Assembly: GCA_963707985.1 (NCBI GenBank)
Contig: CAVPRW010000046.1
Coordinates: forward strand, 32,001-96,000
DNA length: 64,000 nt
Source: an uncultured Nitrospinota bacterium
GTDB lineage: Bacteria; Tectomicrobia; Entotheonellia; J063; CAVPRW01
Direction of reading: 5' to 3'
Part shown: one piece after another, positions 51,701 through 61,871 of the stretch
Numbering within the stretch: position 1 is the first letter of the stretch
How the letters are laid out: every line of letters starts with the position of its first letter
Notes under the pieces: generated by a model
The model's input: only the letters and a program-made list of their open reading frames with translations
Told to the model about the DNA's origin: nothing
Database searches by the model: none
Made by a program: the position numbers and the translations under genes

Positions 51701-52592
51701 ACAGTTGTTACAGGGTGGCCATCTCAGCCCTGTGGAGCGCGCGGCTGCAGGGGATACGCTGGCTCGCCTGCGCGATCCCCGCTTTCGGGCCGATACCTGG
51801 CAGCTGCCGGACGAGCCACTCATGGGCTTCGTGGAGATTCCAGCCGGGCCCTTCCTGATGGGAAGCAAACAAGGTGACCAACTGGCGTTTGATGCTGAAA
51901 TGCCGCAGCACAAGCTCTCCTTGCCGCGTTACTACATCGCTCGCTATCCGGTGACCGTGGCTCAGTTTCGGGCGTTTGTCGACGCAAGCGGCTATACCCC
52001 AGAAGATCAAGACAGCCTGGATGGGCTGCTGAATCACCCCGTGGTGAACATCACGTGGTACGAAGCCCTCAAGTACAGCCAGTGGCTGACGGAACGCCTG
52101 CGGGACTGGGAGGGGACGCCGGAGCCGCTGGCAAGCCTGTTGCGACAAGAAGGTTGGCAGGTGACCCTGCCCAGCGAAGCAGAGTGGGAGAAGGCGGCAC
52201 GGGGAAATGATGGGCGGATCTATCCCTGGGGCACGACATCTGACCCCACGCGGGCGAATTACGATGACACAGGGACCGGGTCGACGAGTGCGGTGGGATG
52301 CTTTCCGACGGGAGCGTCGCCATATGACTGTCTGGACATGGCAGGGAATGTGTGGGAATGGACACGGAGTCTGTGGGGGAGTGATCTGTTAAAGCCGAAG
52401 TACACATATCCCTATAAGCCCAAAGACGGGCGTGAGAATCTCGATGTGCCACGAGATGTGGCCCGTGTGTTGCGGGGCGGGGCGTTCGTCACTCGCCACA
52501 GGGACGTGCGGTGTGCCTATCGCGACGGGGACTATCCGAGCGATTCGTACGGGGACCTCGGATTTCGGGTGGTGGTGCGCCCATGCCGTTGA
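48704..52592 (+). CDS. AAA_35 + NACHT NTPase + FGE-sulfatase (CLec-fold) protein; three frameshifts in the first about 420 nt
   Basis: YQVGG..YVQREAD, PRQMGKSSL, FIDEID, WTGGHPYLTQ; LGDPGSGKST, LLDGLDE, NPLLL, FPHRTFQEYLA; FLMGS, LPSEAEWEKAARG, DMAGNVWEW, RGGAF, GFRVV. Continuous ORF from 49116. Confidence 0.9.
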
Positions 52593-52628
52593 TCTCTGGA
52601 CTCTGGATCTCTGAACTCTGGGGGGAGT

Positions 52629-52649
52629 CCAGAGGGGATCCCCCTCTGG
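52629..52649. other. Perfect 9-bp-stem hairpin downstream of the FGE domain (candidate DGR target-recognition hairpin)
   Basis: CCAGAGGGG-ATC-CCCCTCTGG; no U-tract; preceded by repeated CTCTG units. Confidence 0.6.
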
Positions 52650-52901
52650 TCGCTTGTCGCGCCGCTGAGACGGATTTGACAGGGCTATGCCTGAAAGGCA
52701 TCATAGGAGCCGCTCAAACCAACATCCACAGGGACTTCAGATGCTCTCATGGTATGCGAGCATTCTGCATCGGCATCGAGTGTCTTGCTGGAGATACGCT
52801 GGATAAGCACCAACGCGATGGAAGAGATCTGCGCCAAGCCCGAGCTGGAGCGTGCCGTAGTCGTTTGAGGCATAGCTGTACCACCTCAAGGAGAAACTTT
52901 G

Positions 52902-53135
52902 ATGTCGCAGCAGATTCTTGTCACGCTCGAACTACCGGAAGATCTCGAGCAATTATGCTTGCCGGAGGGAGTCAATCGGCGACTGCATGAGCTGCTCGAT
53001 CGCCAGGACCGTGGTGAAACATTGACTCCAGATGAACGCCAGGAGGCGGAAGGACTCGTGAATCTTGCAGAGTTGCTGTCACTGCTCCGCTTACGGGCAC
53101 AGAGAATCGCCGAGCACGGATCAAATGCACAATGA
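52902..53135 (+). CDS. Small antitoxin-like protein coupled to an HNH gene
   Basis: RLHELLDRQDRGETLTPDERQEAEGLV; RBS AAGGAG; ATGA overlap. Confidence 0.75.
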   Translation: MSQQILVTLELPEDLEQLCLPEGVNRRLHELLDRQDRGETLTPDERQEAEGLVNLAELLSLLRLRAQRIAEHGSNAQ

Positions 53136-53314
53136 CCGCGGTGTCTACGGCTTTGCGGCGGCTCGTCATCCAGCGAGCGGCCGATCGTTGTGAGTATTGC
53201 GGACTCTCACAAGCAGGCCAAGAAGCCACATTTCACCTTGACCATATCATTCCCCAAGCGGCAGGTGGTGAAACCGTTAGCGACAATATGGCGCTCGCCT
53301 GTGTGTCCTGCTCC
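53132..53314 (+). pseudogene. HNH endonuclease N-terminal half, interrupted by IS701
   Basis: RAADRCEYC, FHLDHIIP..AGG, NMALACVSC; then IS end CTGTACTACAG. Confidence 0.85.
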
Positions 53315-54836
53315 CTGTACTACAGTGGTAACAACAGGATTATGCCGCCACGGCCGCTACGAGTAGCTCTCGACGCTGATAATGGTAATATTGGGCGATG
53401 GTCTGGTGCCGCCGACGCCATTGCGACCAGGCCAGGATGTGGCGGACCGTGTGGGGCACGACCAGCACGAACCGCCACAACAGCCGCCGCAGCTCGGGCA
53501 CGCTCAACGGGAGGCGAGGCCACGCCTGGACCTTGAACGCCGCCAGCGGGCTTCCCAGCGTGGGGGACGGCAGACTTTTTTTTAACATTTCCACCGCGAT
53601 CGTCCCGGCGCGCATGACGGTCAGCAGGGCCAACGCCCACATCGCGAGCGTGATATGCCGATACCAGCCCGTCCAGCTGCCGCACTTCATAGTGGTCCAG
53701 GCCCACTTCCCCCTTGGCGTCCTCAAAGCCGCTCTCGACGGTCCAGCGGCTCCCCGCCACCCGCACGACCGCCTCCAGATGTGGTGGCCTGGGGAGCAAA
53801 GACCACATAGGCGGTCAGCTCCGTGGGGGCGCTGAGACTCCGCCGGACCAGCAGCCAGCGGCGCCAGCCAGGCTCCAGCGGCACGGCCAGGGGCAGCCAC
53901 CGCCAGTCATACCACCGCGGCCCCTTCGCGCCGTCGCCGGCACTCAGGCGCGTCCACCCCTCCGCAGGCAGGCTGGCCAGGAGCGTTTTCACCTGGCGCT
54001 GCTGCGAGCCCAGCCAGACATATTCCTTGCCCGACACGGCGAGGACGTAGGGCTGTAGGCCGGCCCTCCAGCCACCGCCGCAGCTGACGATTATCCCCGT
54101 AGACGCTGTCCCCGGTGACCCATGCGGCCGGCACGCCAGCTGCGAAGGCGCGGGCCAGCATCTGCTGGGCCAACTGCGGCTTGGTCGCAAAGCGCCGGTC
54201 CTCCGGAATGCCGGCCTGCCGGCAGCGCTCACGATCGTCCGTCCATTCCTGCGGCAGATAGAGTTCCCGATCCAGCAGCGCATGGCCCAGCGGGCTGGCA
54301 TAGCTCAGAAACACGCCGATTTGGCAGTTGTCCACTTTCCCGACCGTGCCACTATACTGCCGGGCAACGCCAGCCGAGTGGCGGCCTTTTTTGAGAAACC
54401 CAGTTTCGTCGAGGACCAGCACGCCGTTGGAATCCCCCAGATGCTGCCTGACGTAGAGTGCGCAGCTCGTCGCGGACGGCGTCGGCGTCCCAATCGGCGC
54501 GGCTCAGCAAGTACTGGAAGCCGTAGGGAGTCAGCTCTCCGCAGACTTCCGCGACTTGCCAGCTGTTCTTGCGCTCGGCCTCACTGAGCAAGCCGCGCAG
54601 ATAGGCCAGGACCCGGTCGCGGGACTGCGAGCGGGCGAAATAGGGTGCCAGCCGTCGGGCTACGTCTGCCATGTAGGCCTGGCCGCCTGCGATGGTGCTG
54701 GCCGTCGCATCCGTCGGGATCGAACGTGAACTCGCAGTTGTGTCATCGATCTGTCGCATGGTTCCGTCCTCCATCTATGCGTCCGGAACCAAGGGTCGGA
54801 GGCCCCATCGCCATGCAATTTGCCACCTTGCACCAG
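53315..54836 (-). mobile_element. IS701-family insertion sequence, transposase with several frameshifts
   Basis: [78 protein letters not shown]. Right end approximate. Confidence 0.9.
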
Positions 54837-55024
54837 GACCGTTTGATGTCTCTAGCCGTCAGTACCTCCCCCGCGACATTCTTGGTCGTATCCCCCGCTG
54901 TCCGCGGCTTTGTCCAGCATGTCCTTTCGGTGCCCTGGGCCCGGGCCTGGGTAGATTGTGCTATGAGCCTGGGACACTCCAGCCATCCCTGATTCATCAT
55001 CATGGTACGGAGGACCGCGATGGT

Positions 55025-55477
55025 CTACGGCAGGTGACCGACCATGGGCGCAGTGGCGCTGTTCCACGGGTCAATGATCTTTTCCTTGATGCGCCATTGG
55101 CTATCCACCTTGACGCAGGTGTCTAGATAACTGCCCATGGCGCGGATGAATTTCCTGTCGCCTTCAAAATCCCATTGGATGGAAACCCAATACGACGTGA
55201 CGCGGTAGCCTCCCCCAGCGGCGGGCTCGACCAACAGATGTTGGACGTGATGCTGTCCACCGCGTCGGTTGGGCCGGGTGAGGAAATGGGTGGCAAATCC
55301 CCTGACGCCACCCGCCGCCGCGTCCCAGCATTTGCCGGTGACATCCTTGATCACGCCGTCGGGCGTGAACAGGGCGACGACCCCTTCGATGTCGCCGGTA
55401 TCCATGCCCCATACATAACGCGCCAACGTGTCGTAGATCTCTTGGCGATCCTCCAGGCTTATTTTGGTGTCTGCCAT
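55025..55477 (-). CDS. SnoaL-like / NTF2-family protein
   Basis: EDRQEIYDTLARY.WGMD.GD..LFTPDG, GSYLD.CVK....WRI. Confidence 0.88.
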   Translation of the reverse strand: MADTKISLEDRQEIYDTLARYVWGMDTGDIEGVVALFTPDGVIKDVTGKCWDAAAGGVRGFATHFLTRPNRRGGQHHVQHLLVEPAAGGGYRVTSYWVSIQWDFEGDRKFIRAMGSYLDTCVKVDSQWRIKEKIIDPWNSATAPMVGHLP

Positions 55478-55806
55478 TGTCTTCCCCATGCATTGCCCTG
55501 TCTGGCTTACAGGCGCCAACCGGCTCTCCATACCTCGCCTTGACAAAGCGGGTGGAGGCCTGTGGATCACCTTGGTGTCATGAGCAGACGTGCGTGATCA
55601 GAATCTTTGGGAAGTTCTGCTCTCCCCAGGGCCATATTAAACTTACGCAGCAACCGATCGTACAATACTGCGGGTTCGACGTGGAAAGCTGTACCTCGAC
55701 TGCCCACGGCATTGGCCTCACGCACAGGGTGTGGATCGGTCATGATTGTTCCACTTGCCCCGTCAAAGACGTAGGGCGCCATCGTGCCTTATGGATACAG
55801 TCGAGC

Positions 55807-56772
55807 TTAGTGCTCGAGTCCCAGAAGCCTCTGAGCGTTGTGGTGGAGGATCTGATCGACGTCCGCGACTGGCAGGCTGGACTCCCGGATGTAGTGGAAC
55901 GTCTGCCGGTACGTCTCGAAGGCAAGCAGGACCGGATAGTCACTCCCCGCCACCAGATGGTCGGCGCCGAACGCCTGCCAGGCGCACAGCAGCGCGGCCT
56001 GCGAGCCATGGCCTACGGTATCGTAATAGAAGCGGCGGGCGGTCACGCTCGGGCGCTCCGGAAGGTCCGGATGCTGACTCGGGGCCTGATTGTCGAGCCG
56101 CTGGAGCAGCATCGGGATAATGCCACCGAGATGGGGAATGACATATCGAATGTGCGGGTAGCGCATCGGCACGTGCCGGGCGATGAGGTGGAGGACGATG
56201 GCGCTGTCCTCAAGCGAGGCGCCGACGGAGACCGTGAACCGGTAGTCGTTAATCAGGGGCGAGCAGAGGCCATTTTGAATCGGATGGTAGTTCAGCACTG
56301 TGCCGCGCCGGTTCATCTCCTCGTAGAGCGGCTCGAACTCCGCTTCTGCGGTGGAGCGGTCGAAGCAAGAGCAGGTCATCGCCACCCCGAGCATGCCAAG
56401 CTGGTCCAGCCCGCGCTCCATCTCGCGCAAAGAGGCATCGATATGGGGCAGCGGCAGGGAGACGAAGGCCGCGAACCGTCCTGGATGCTGCTGGGCAAGT
56501 GCGGCGTAGCTGTCGTTGATGAGCTGCGCTGCCGCGACGGCATCGGCCTCCGTGTCGGCATACGGCGGGCTCGCAGCTGGTGAGAGCACCTGCATGTGCA
56601 CCTCAGCTTCGTCCATCTGCTGTAGGCGCGTCCGGAGAGCCGCAGGGTCATCCGGCCGTCTTGGCCTCGCCGTCAGCGGCCGTGCAGCCTCGGGGAGGCT
56701 GCGCCCGCCGATGCGCAGCAGGAGGTCGGTATACGCCTGCGGGAAATAGTGGGCATGAATATCGACAATCAT
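55807..56772 (-). CDS. Amidohydrolase family protein (Amidohydro_2)
   Basis: DIHAH, YHP, PHLGG, FYYDT, GSDYP. Confidence 0.92.
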   Translation of the reverse strand: MIVDIHAHYFPQAYTDLLLRIGGRSLPEAARPLTARPRRPDDPAALRTRLQQMDEAEVHMQVLSPAASPPYADTEADAVAAAQLINDSYAALAQQHPGRFAAFVSLPLPHIDASLREMERGLDQLGMLGVAMTCSCFDRSTAEAEFEPLYEEMNRRGTVLNYHPIQNGLCSPLINDYRFTVSVGASLEDSAIVLHLIARHVPMRYPHIRYVIPHLGGIIPMLLQRLDNQAPSQHPDLPERPSVTARRFYYDTVGHGSQAALLCAWQAFGADHLVAGSDYPVLLAFETYRQTFHYIRESSLPVADVDQILHHNAQRLLGLEH

Positions 56773-56984
56773 CGGGACCTCCCTGGTCGAGCTGGATCAT
56801 CTGGCACAAGGCACCACGACCGTAGCGTATAACAGAGAAAGTTTCAAGAGAGATTGGCGAGGGCCTTGTCACATGATGTTTGCCACGTTCTCAGCTCCAG
56901 CCTGATGTAGCATACTCGCCGCAGGATCACACGATCTGCACCTCATCCGCAGATTCGCCATTGCTGCTTCTAATGTCTGCAACC

Positions 56985-57617
56985 TCACAACAATGCCCTG
57001 CCGTCCTCTGTTGCCTCCGGCAGCGCTGCAACGACCGTGCGAAGATCCTGAATGAGTGCCTGCCAGGTCTGTTCATAGGCTTGCTGATCGACACCTTGCA
57101 GGCGTAGAACGTAGGCTGGATGGAAGACGGCGATACGACACGTACCGTCGGGTCCCTGGCGCATCTGGCCATGGTCCTCACTGAGCTTGAATTTCTTGTC
57201 GATCAAGGCCTTTGCGGCAGGGACCCCGATGCAGACGATGATCGCCGGCTGGATGATGTCGACCTCGCCGTGCAACCAGGGGCGACAGGCTTTAAGCTCA
57301 GCCGCCGAGGGCGCCCGGTCGACCACACGGCCCTTCTCCGACTTGACCGCCCGACACTTGATGACATTGGTCAGCCACAGGCGGTCGCGTTCGAGACCCA
57401 CCTCTGCCAAGGCCCGATCGAGTAGCCTGCCGGATGGGCCAGCAAACGGCCGACCCGTCTGCTCCTCAACGATCCCAGGCCCTTGACCGACGAGCATCAC
57501 CGTGGCATGCACATCGCCTTCACCGAAAACCACTCGGAAGCGCGTGTCTCGGTTCGGGCACTCTGGGCAGGTAAGAGCCTGGGTACGTAACGCATCCATG
57601 CGGTCCTGTTTCTCCAT
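56985..57617 (-). CDS. Family-4 uracil-DNA glycosylase (Fe-S)
   Basis: CPEC, VFGEG, VGQGPG, GRPFAGPSG, TNVIKCR, ACRPWL, FHPAY; RBS GGGAGG. Confidence 0.9.
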   Translation of the reverse strand: MEKQDRMDALRTQALTCPECPNRDTRFRVVFGEGDVHATVMLVGQGPGIVEEQTGRPFAGPSGRLLDRALAEVGLERDRLWLTNVIKCRAVKSEKGRVVDRAPSAAELKACRPWLHGEVDIIQPAIIVCIGVPAAKALIDKKFKLSEDHGQMRQGPDGTCRIAVFHPAYVLRLQGVDQQAYEQTWQALIQDLRTVVAALPEATEDGRALL

Positions 57618-57780
57618 GTTCGCCGCCTCCCTCATTCTCCTCGTTCATGTGGCATCTGACGCGATGTTCGTCCCCTCAATGGCAGGATACCGCTGCGAGC
57701 CCGGAGGCGCCAGCCTCCCAGAACCCAGAACGTGGAGCCCTTGGTTGCCCGTGGTGTGGAGGTATGATACATTCTACTTT

Positions 57781-59913
57781 ATGAAAAACTATACTGATAT
57801 GCCCACCTTGGAGGCATCCGAGGTCTCTTTACTCGAAGCCTTTCGCGAACGCTATCCATTCGTGCTCGATTCCTTTCAGGAAGAAGCCATTCAGCACATC
57901 GCAGCCGGCAGCTCGGTGATTGTCTCAGCCCCGACCGGGGCGGGCAAAACCCTCATTGCCGAGTATGCGATTTTCAGCGCCCTGGCGCGGCGAGAGCGCC
58001 TGGCCTACACGACTCCCATCAAGGCCCTCAGCAACCAAAAATATGCCGATTTTTGCCGGTACTTCGGCTCTGAAAACGTCGGTATCCTGACCGGTGATGT
58101 CCAGGTCAACTCACAAGCCCCCATCCTGGTTATGACCACGGAGATTCTGCGCAATATGTTCTACCTGCAGCCTCCGGAAAATCTAGGCTACGTCGTCCTC
58201 GATGAATGCCATTACATGGGGGATGAAGGCCGGGGCACGGTCTGGGAGGAGATCATTATCAACTGCCCCAAAGATGTTCCCCTGGTGGCGCTCTCCGCCA
58301 CCGTCTCCAACATCGATGAGATCGCGGCCTGGATCGCTGACATCCATCGTCCGATTATCGCCATTCAGCACCCCATCCGGCCGGTTCCCCTGGAGTACTT
58401 CCTGGTCGATCCGCAGTGCAACATCACGCCGGCACGGGATATGCCCAAAAAGGGCCATGCCTTGCTGAAGGACGATGGTCCGAGGCATCGTCAGCGTCGC
58501 CGGCGTGGGCCTGACGCGGGCCGATTACTGCTCCAACTCCAGGAGCGACACTGGCTGCCAGCGATCTATTTCATTTTCAGCCGCGCCGGGTGTGAGGCTG
58601 TGCTGCGCCGCTGTCTGAGGGAGGGCATCCGTTTCATCGATGGGGACCGGGTGGGCGAGGTTGAGACGGCGATCGACAAGACGCTCAGCGATTATCCGAG
58701 TATTGCCCCAGACGGCGAGCTCAATCGGCTGATCTTCGATGGTTTGCGGCAGGGTCTCGGGATCCATCATGCCGGCATGCTGGCACCCCTGAAGCGTCTC
58801 ACCGAGGTCCTCTTCGAGCGCGGCCTGGTGCAGGTGGTTTTTGCCACGGAGACTATGAGCCTGGGTATTCATATGCCCGCCAGGAGCGTGGTCATCGAAA
58901 ACCTCCGGAAGCGCTCCGACTTCGGCTTCAGAACGCTGCGCGTGGGGGAGCTGACGCAGATGGCCGGACGTGCCGGTCGACGGGGGATCGACCCGAAAGG
59001 CACGTGCCTCGTTGTGGTCGAGGGGCGTGAAGCCCTGAACGAGGCCTTACGCTTGCTCAAAGGAGAGCCTGAGCCGATCGAGAGCCGCTTCAAGATTGGC
59101 TATAGCTCGGCCGCCATGCTCATCCAGAGCTTGCATGATCCGCAGGCAATCCGCAAAACGATTGAGCGCAGCTTCGGCCAATTTCAGAATCGCCAGCGCA
59201 TCAGCGTGCTGGAGAGCGAACGTGAGCGGTTTTTGCGTCGACGGGAGGGGCGGGGAAAGCCCTCCAGACAGTCCTGGCCGGCACTGGATCGGCAAGCAAG
59301 GCAGCTGGCGCTGTTGCAAGATAGCTATTGGGATGAGTTCCTGCGGATTACCGCCATCTTACAACACTTCGGTTGCCTTAAGGCGGGCGGGCTGACGTCA
59401 GAAGGGCGCCTCGTGGCCACGTTGCGTCATGATAATGAGCTGCTCGTGGCCCGTGTCGTGTTCTCGGGCGTCCTCGATGGCCTCACGCCGGCCGAGTTGG
59501 CGGCATTGCTCTCCTGTCTGAGCGAAGAATCTCGGGAAGGTGAAGTCCGTTATTCGTGGACACTACTGAAGCAACAGCGCGAGCTTCAGAAGCGCTTGCA
59601 GAGCATGGGACGACTGGCGCACGAGCTGCATGAGGTGCAACGGACCCATCAGGTCACCCTGCCGGTGTCGGTGCAGGTAGGGTACCTGGCGGCAGCCCAT
59701 CGTTGGGCCTCCGGCGAAGAGGATTGGGCTGGGTTGGTGCGCGAGACGTACGGGGGGCATGAAGGCGATCTGATCAGAGCCTTCCGACGCCTGATCGACC
59801 TCTGCCGCCAACTCGCCGAAAGCCAGGAGGTTGAGCGCAGGCTGCGGGACCAGCTCTGGGACACCGTTTCCGCACTCGATCGCGGCATCGTCTTCGAGAG
59901 CGCCCTGATTTGA
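57781..59913 (+). CDS. Ski2/HelY-like DEAD/DEAH-box RNA helicase with DSHCT-type C-terminus
   Basis: APTGAGKT, PIKALSNQK, DECH, LSAT, HHAG, FATET, QMAGRAGRRG, EGDLIR. Start approximate. Confidence 0.93.
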   Translation: MKNYTDMPTLEASEVSLLEAFRERYPFVLDSFQEEAIQHIAAGSSVIVSAPTGAGKTLIAEYAIFSALARRERLAYTTPIKALSNQKYADFCRYFGSENVGILTGDVQVNSQAPILVMTTEILRNMFYLQPPENLGYVVLDECHYMGDEGRGTVWEEIIINCPKDVPLVALSATVSNIDEIAAWIADIHRPIIAIQHPIRPVPLEYFLVDPQCNITPARDMPKKGHALLKDDGPRHRQRRRRGPDAGRLLLQLQERHWLPAIYFIFSRAGCEAVLRRCLREGIRFIDGDRVGEVETAIDKTLSDYPSIAPDGELNRLIFDGLRQGLGIHHAGMLAPLKRLTEVLFERGLVQVVFATETMSLGIHMPARSVVIENLRKRSDFGFRTLRVGELTQMAGRAGRRGIDPKGTCLVVVEGREALNEALRLLKGEPEPIESRFKIGYSSAAMLIQSLHDPQAIRKTIERSFGQFQNRQRISVLESERERFLRRREGRGKPSRQSWPALDRQARQLALLQDSYWDEFLRITAILQHFGCLKAGGLTSEGRLVATLRHDNELLVARVVFSGVLDGLTPAELAALLSCLSEESREGEVRYSWTLLKQQRELQKRLQSMGRLAHELHEVQRTHQVTLPVSVQVGYLAAAHRWASGEEDWAGLVRETYGGHEGDLIRAFRRLIDLCRQLAESQEVERRLRDQLWDTVSALDRGIVFESALI

Positions 59914-59951
59914 ACGGCTCGAGCAAGACAGCCCGTTCTTGCCTCTCTACG

Positions 59952-59990
59952 TGACATTTGCGCCATACGGGAGCGCCACAAGCGCGGGGC
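59952..59990 (+). repeat. 39-bp direct repeat, left copy
   Basis: TGACATTTGCGCCATACGGGAGCGCCACAAGCGCGGGGC; 34/39 identical to 62669-62707. Confidence 0.85.
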
Positions 59991-60235
59991 GGTGGATGCT
60001 CTCTCATCTGGCTCCACATGCGGGGGAGGCGTATTAATGCAGAGCGATTCATTCTGAGTGCTTCAATAGTCGCCTGGGCCACAGGAGTGAGATCAAGAAT
60101 GACCGCGGCATCGCCGTTCCAGACAAAGTCCTCTTCCCATCGCTGATGCTGTGGGCGAAACAAGGACACAGTATGGCCGAGCAGCGGGGCGACGGCTGTT
60201 TGACGAGAGGCTTTATAACGATTACAGAAAAACCA
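59985..60235 (-). pseudogene. HNH endonuclease C-terminal remnant
   Basis: CNRYKASRQTA...LFRPQHQRWEEDF.W...LTPVAQATIEALRMNR. Confidence 0.7.
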
Positions 60236-60402
60236 AACAGACTACGTGATATACCGTCATGTACTGGACATGACGTGCCTCAGTCTCCCAGAGAAATGCT
60301 CTGCGAGATTATAGCATACGCAGTATCGAGGGCTCTAGACGCTACTTCGAGGAAAAGGTGGCTGCCACCTTTCCCTGTCGTAGCCGCTGGTCGTTTGCAT
60401 CG

Positions 60403-60431
60403 GAAAAAATAGAGGTCAGACTAGGATTTTC
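60403..60431 (+). repeat. RAYT-associated REP-like repeat, copy 1
   Basis: GAAAAAATAGAGGTCAGACTAGGATTTTC. Confidence 0.65.
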
Positions 60432-60444
60432 GAGGGAACTTGCT

Positions 60445-60637
60445 CTAGCCTGGAGGATCAGGAATACCAGGCTTGCGACAGATTTTCCGAGCCAGGAGAT
60501 TTTTAATTTCCGTATGCCGAGAGACGGCTTCTTTCCTCCCCGTCACAGGATTAATCCAGATCGTGTGCTCACCGGCCTTCATGCTCGATGCGACAGCCAT
60601 GACGGCGCAGGTGACGTTGCAGGGTATACCGTTTCAC
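60445..60637 (-). pseudogene. hicA: HicA-family toxin, frameshifted
   Basis: VKRYTLQRHLRRHGCRIEHEG/GEHTIWINP...VSRHTEIKNLLARKICRK.GIPDP. Confidence 0.8.
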
Positions 60638-60856
60638 CCTGCTGACCTCAATGACTTTTTCCCATGCCCCAGAAGGGGCTTCTTTGCGTTCCTCTTCGCG
60701 GGTGACCGCTAGCAGCAGGCGAATGCCTTCGATGAGATTCTGCTCGCATGCTTCCAAGGTGTCGCCTTGGCCATTAGCACCAGGGACTTCTAAACAATAA
60801 GCCCAGTAACCTCCTTCCTCAGCCTGAACGAAAACGGCGGTAAATTCGTTGCGCAC
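60634..60856 (-). CDS. hicB: HicB-family antitoxin (reads in frame into hicA in this sequence)
   Basis: FTAVF..AEEGGYWAYC.EVPGANGQGDTLE; RBS AAGGAGG. Confidence 0.85.
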
Positions 60857-61002
60857 GGTTGTCCTCCTTACACCCCTTCCAGAAACGCTCTCGGTCCTCA
60901 TGAGTGCCATGACTATGGCAACACAGGACGCGACGGCGTGTACCAACCTGCATAGCTCTCATTCACAACATACAGCCCAAACCGTCACGTGTCGAGGCAG
61001 GA

Positions 61003-61027
61003 GAAATTGGGGTCAGACTGGGATTTC
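61003..61027 (+). repeat. RAYT-associated REP-like repeat, copy 2
   Basis: GAAATTGGGGTCAGACTGGGATTTC, 74 nt upstream of the RAYT start. Confidence 0.75.
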
Positions 61028-61100
61028 CTCTCCGAACCTGCTATAGTCCGAACGTTATTAGACTCATGTATCGCTGCCGTCCTCCGTTCTGAGGTCTTCT

Positions 61101-61790
61101 ATGCCTCGACCCCTTCGCTATCCACTGGTCGACGTGCCTCAACACGTCATCCAACGCGGGCACAATCGCCAACCGGTCTTCTTTCATCCGGATGATGATC
61201 AGATGTACTTGCAGTGTCTGCAAGACACCGCAGCGATTTCTCACAGTGTCATCCATACCTATATGCTCATGACGAACCAGGTACACGTGCTCATGACCCC
61301 ACACCAGGCGAACAGTCTCGTCAAGGTCAGGCAGTCCCTGTGCCGTCGGTATGTACAATATATCAACACTATGTACCAACGTACGGGAACCTTAGGGGAC
61401 GGGCGCTACCGGGCCAGCCTGGTGGAGGCCGACGCGTATCTCCGGCGTGCTACCGCTATATTGAGCTCAACCCGGTTCGAGCGGGCATGGTACCAGAACC
61501 AGCGGCGTATCCCTGGTCGCGCGACCGCTGGCATGCGTGAGGCCTCCCTGATTCAGTGGTCACAGATCATGCGCGCTCTCTGGCGTTGGCGCGCACGCCT
61601 CAGGCGCGGCAACAGACGTACCAGGCGTCATTCCAGGAACGTCTCCATACGGGCCTGCTGCAGGAGATCCGCACCACACGCTAGCAGGGCCGCATTGTAG
61701 GGACTGAACGCTCCAAAGACGCGATTCAGACCATCCTAGCGCGGCGCGTTCGGCTAGGAAAAGCCGGCAGACCCCACCAAGCGCCGAGTG
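61101..61790 (+). pseudogene. REP-associated tyrosine transposase (RAYT, Y1 HUH), degraded
   Basis: MPRPLR, HVIQRGHNR..VF, LMTNQVH (HUH His changed to Gln), RTGTL..GRY, CYRYIELNPVRAGMV..P..YPWS after a frameshift. End approximate. Confidence 0.85.
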
Positions 61791-61871
61791 CTCAGAGGAT
61801 TTCAAACTCCTCGGAGTCTTTGTGAACATACCTCTGACCCGCATGGCCCGGGCGAAGGGAGGAACAAGACG

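Noticed and set aside
52629..52649. Rho-independent terminator
   Set aside because: No U-tract on either side; kept only as a candidate DGR hairpin.
55477..56583. 368-aa ORF in the track overlapping the amidohydrolase
   Set aside because: No recognisable motifs; shadow ORF of the amidohydrolase gene.
56985..57617. UdgX assignment
   Set aside because: Lacks the GEQPG motif and the KRRIH His.
57502..57780. N-terminal extension of the 803-aa helicase ORF
   Set aside because: Overlaps the divergent UDG gene; helicase-like sequence starts near 57800.
53132..60235. The two HNH halves as one gene split by an inversion
   Set aside because: Both pieces contain the second CxxC region (CVSC and CNRYK), so they overlap and come from separate paralogs.
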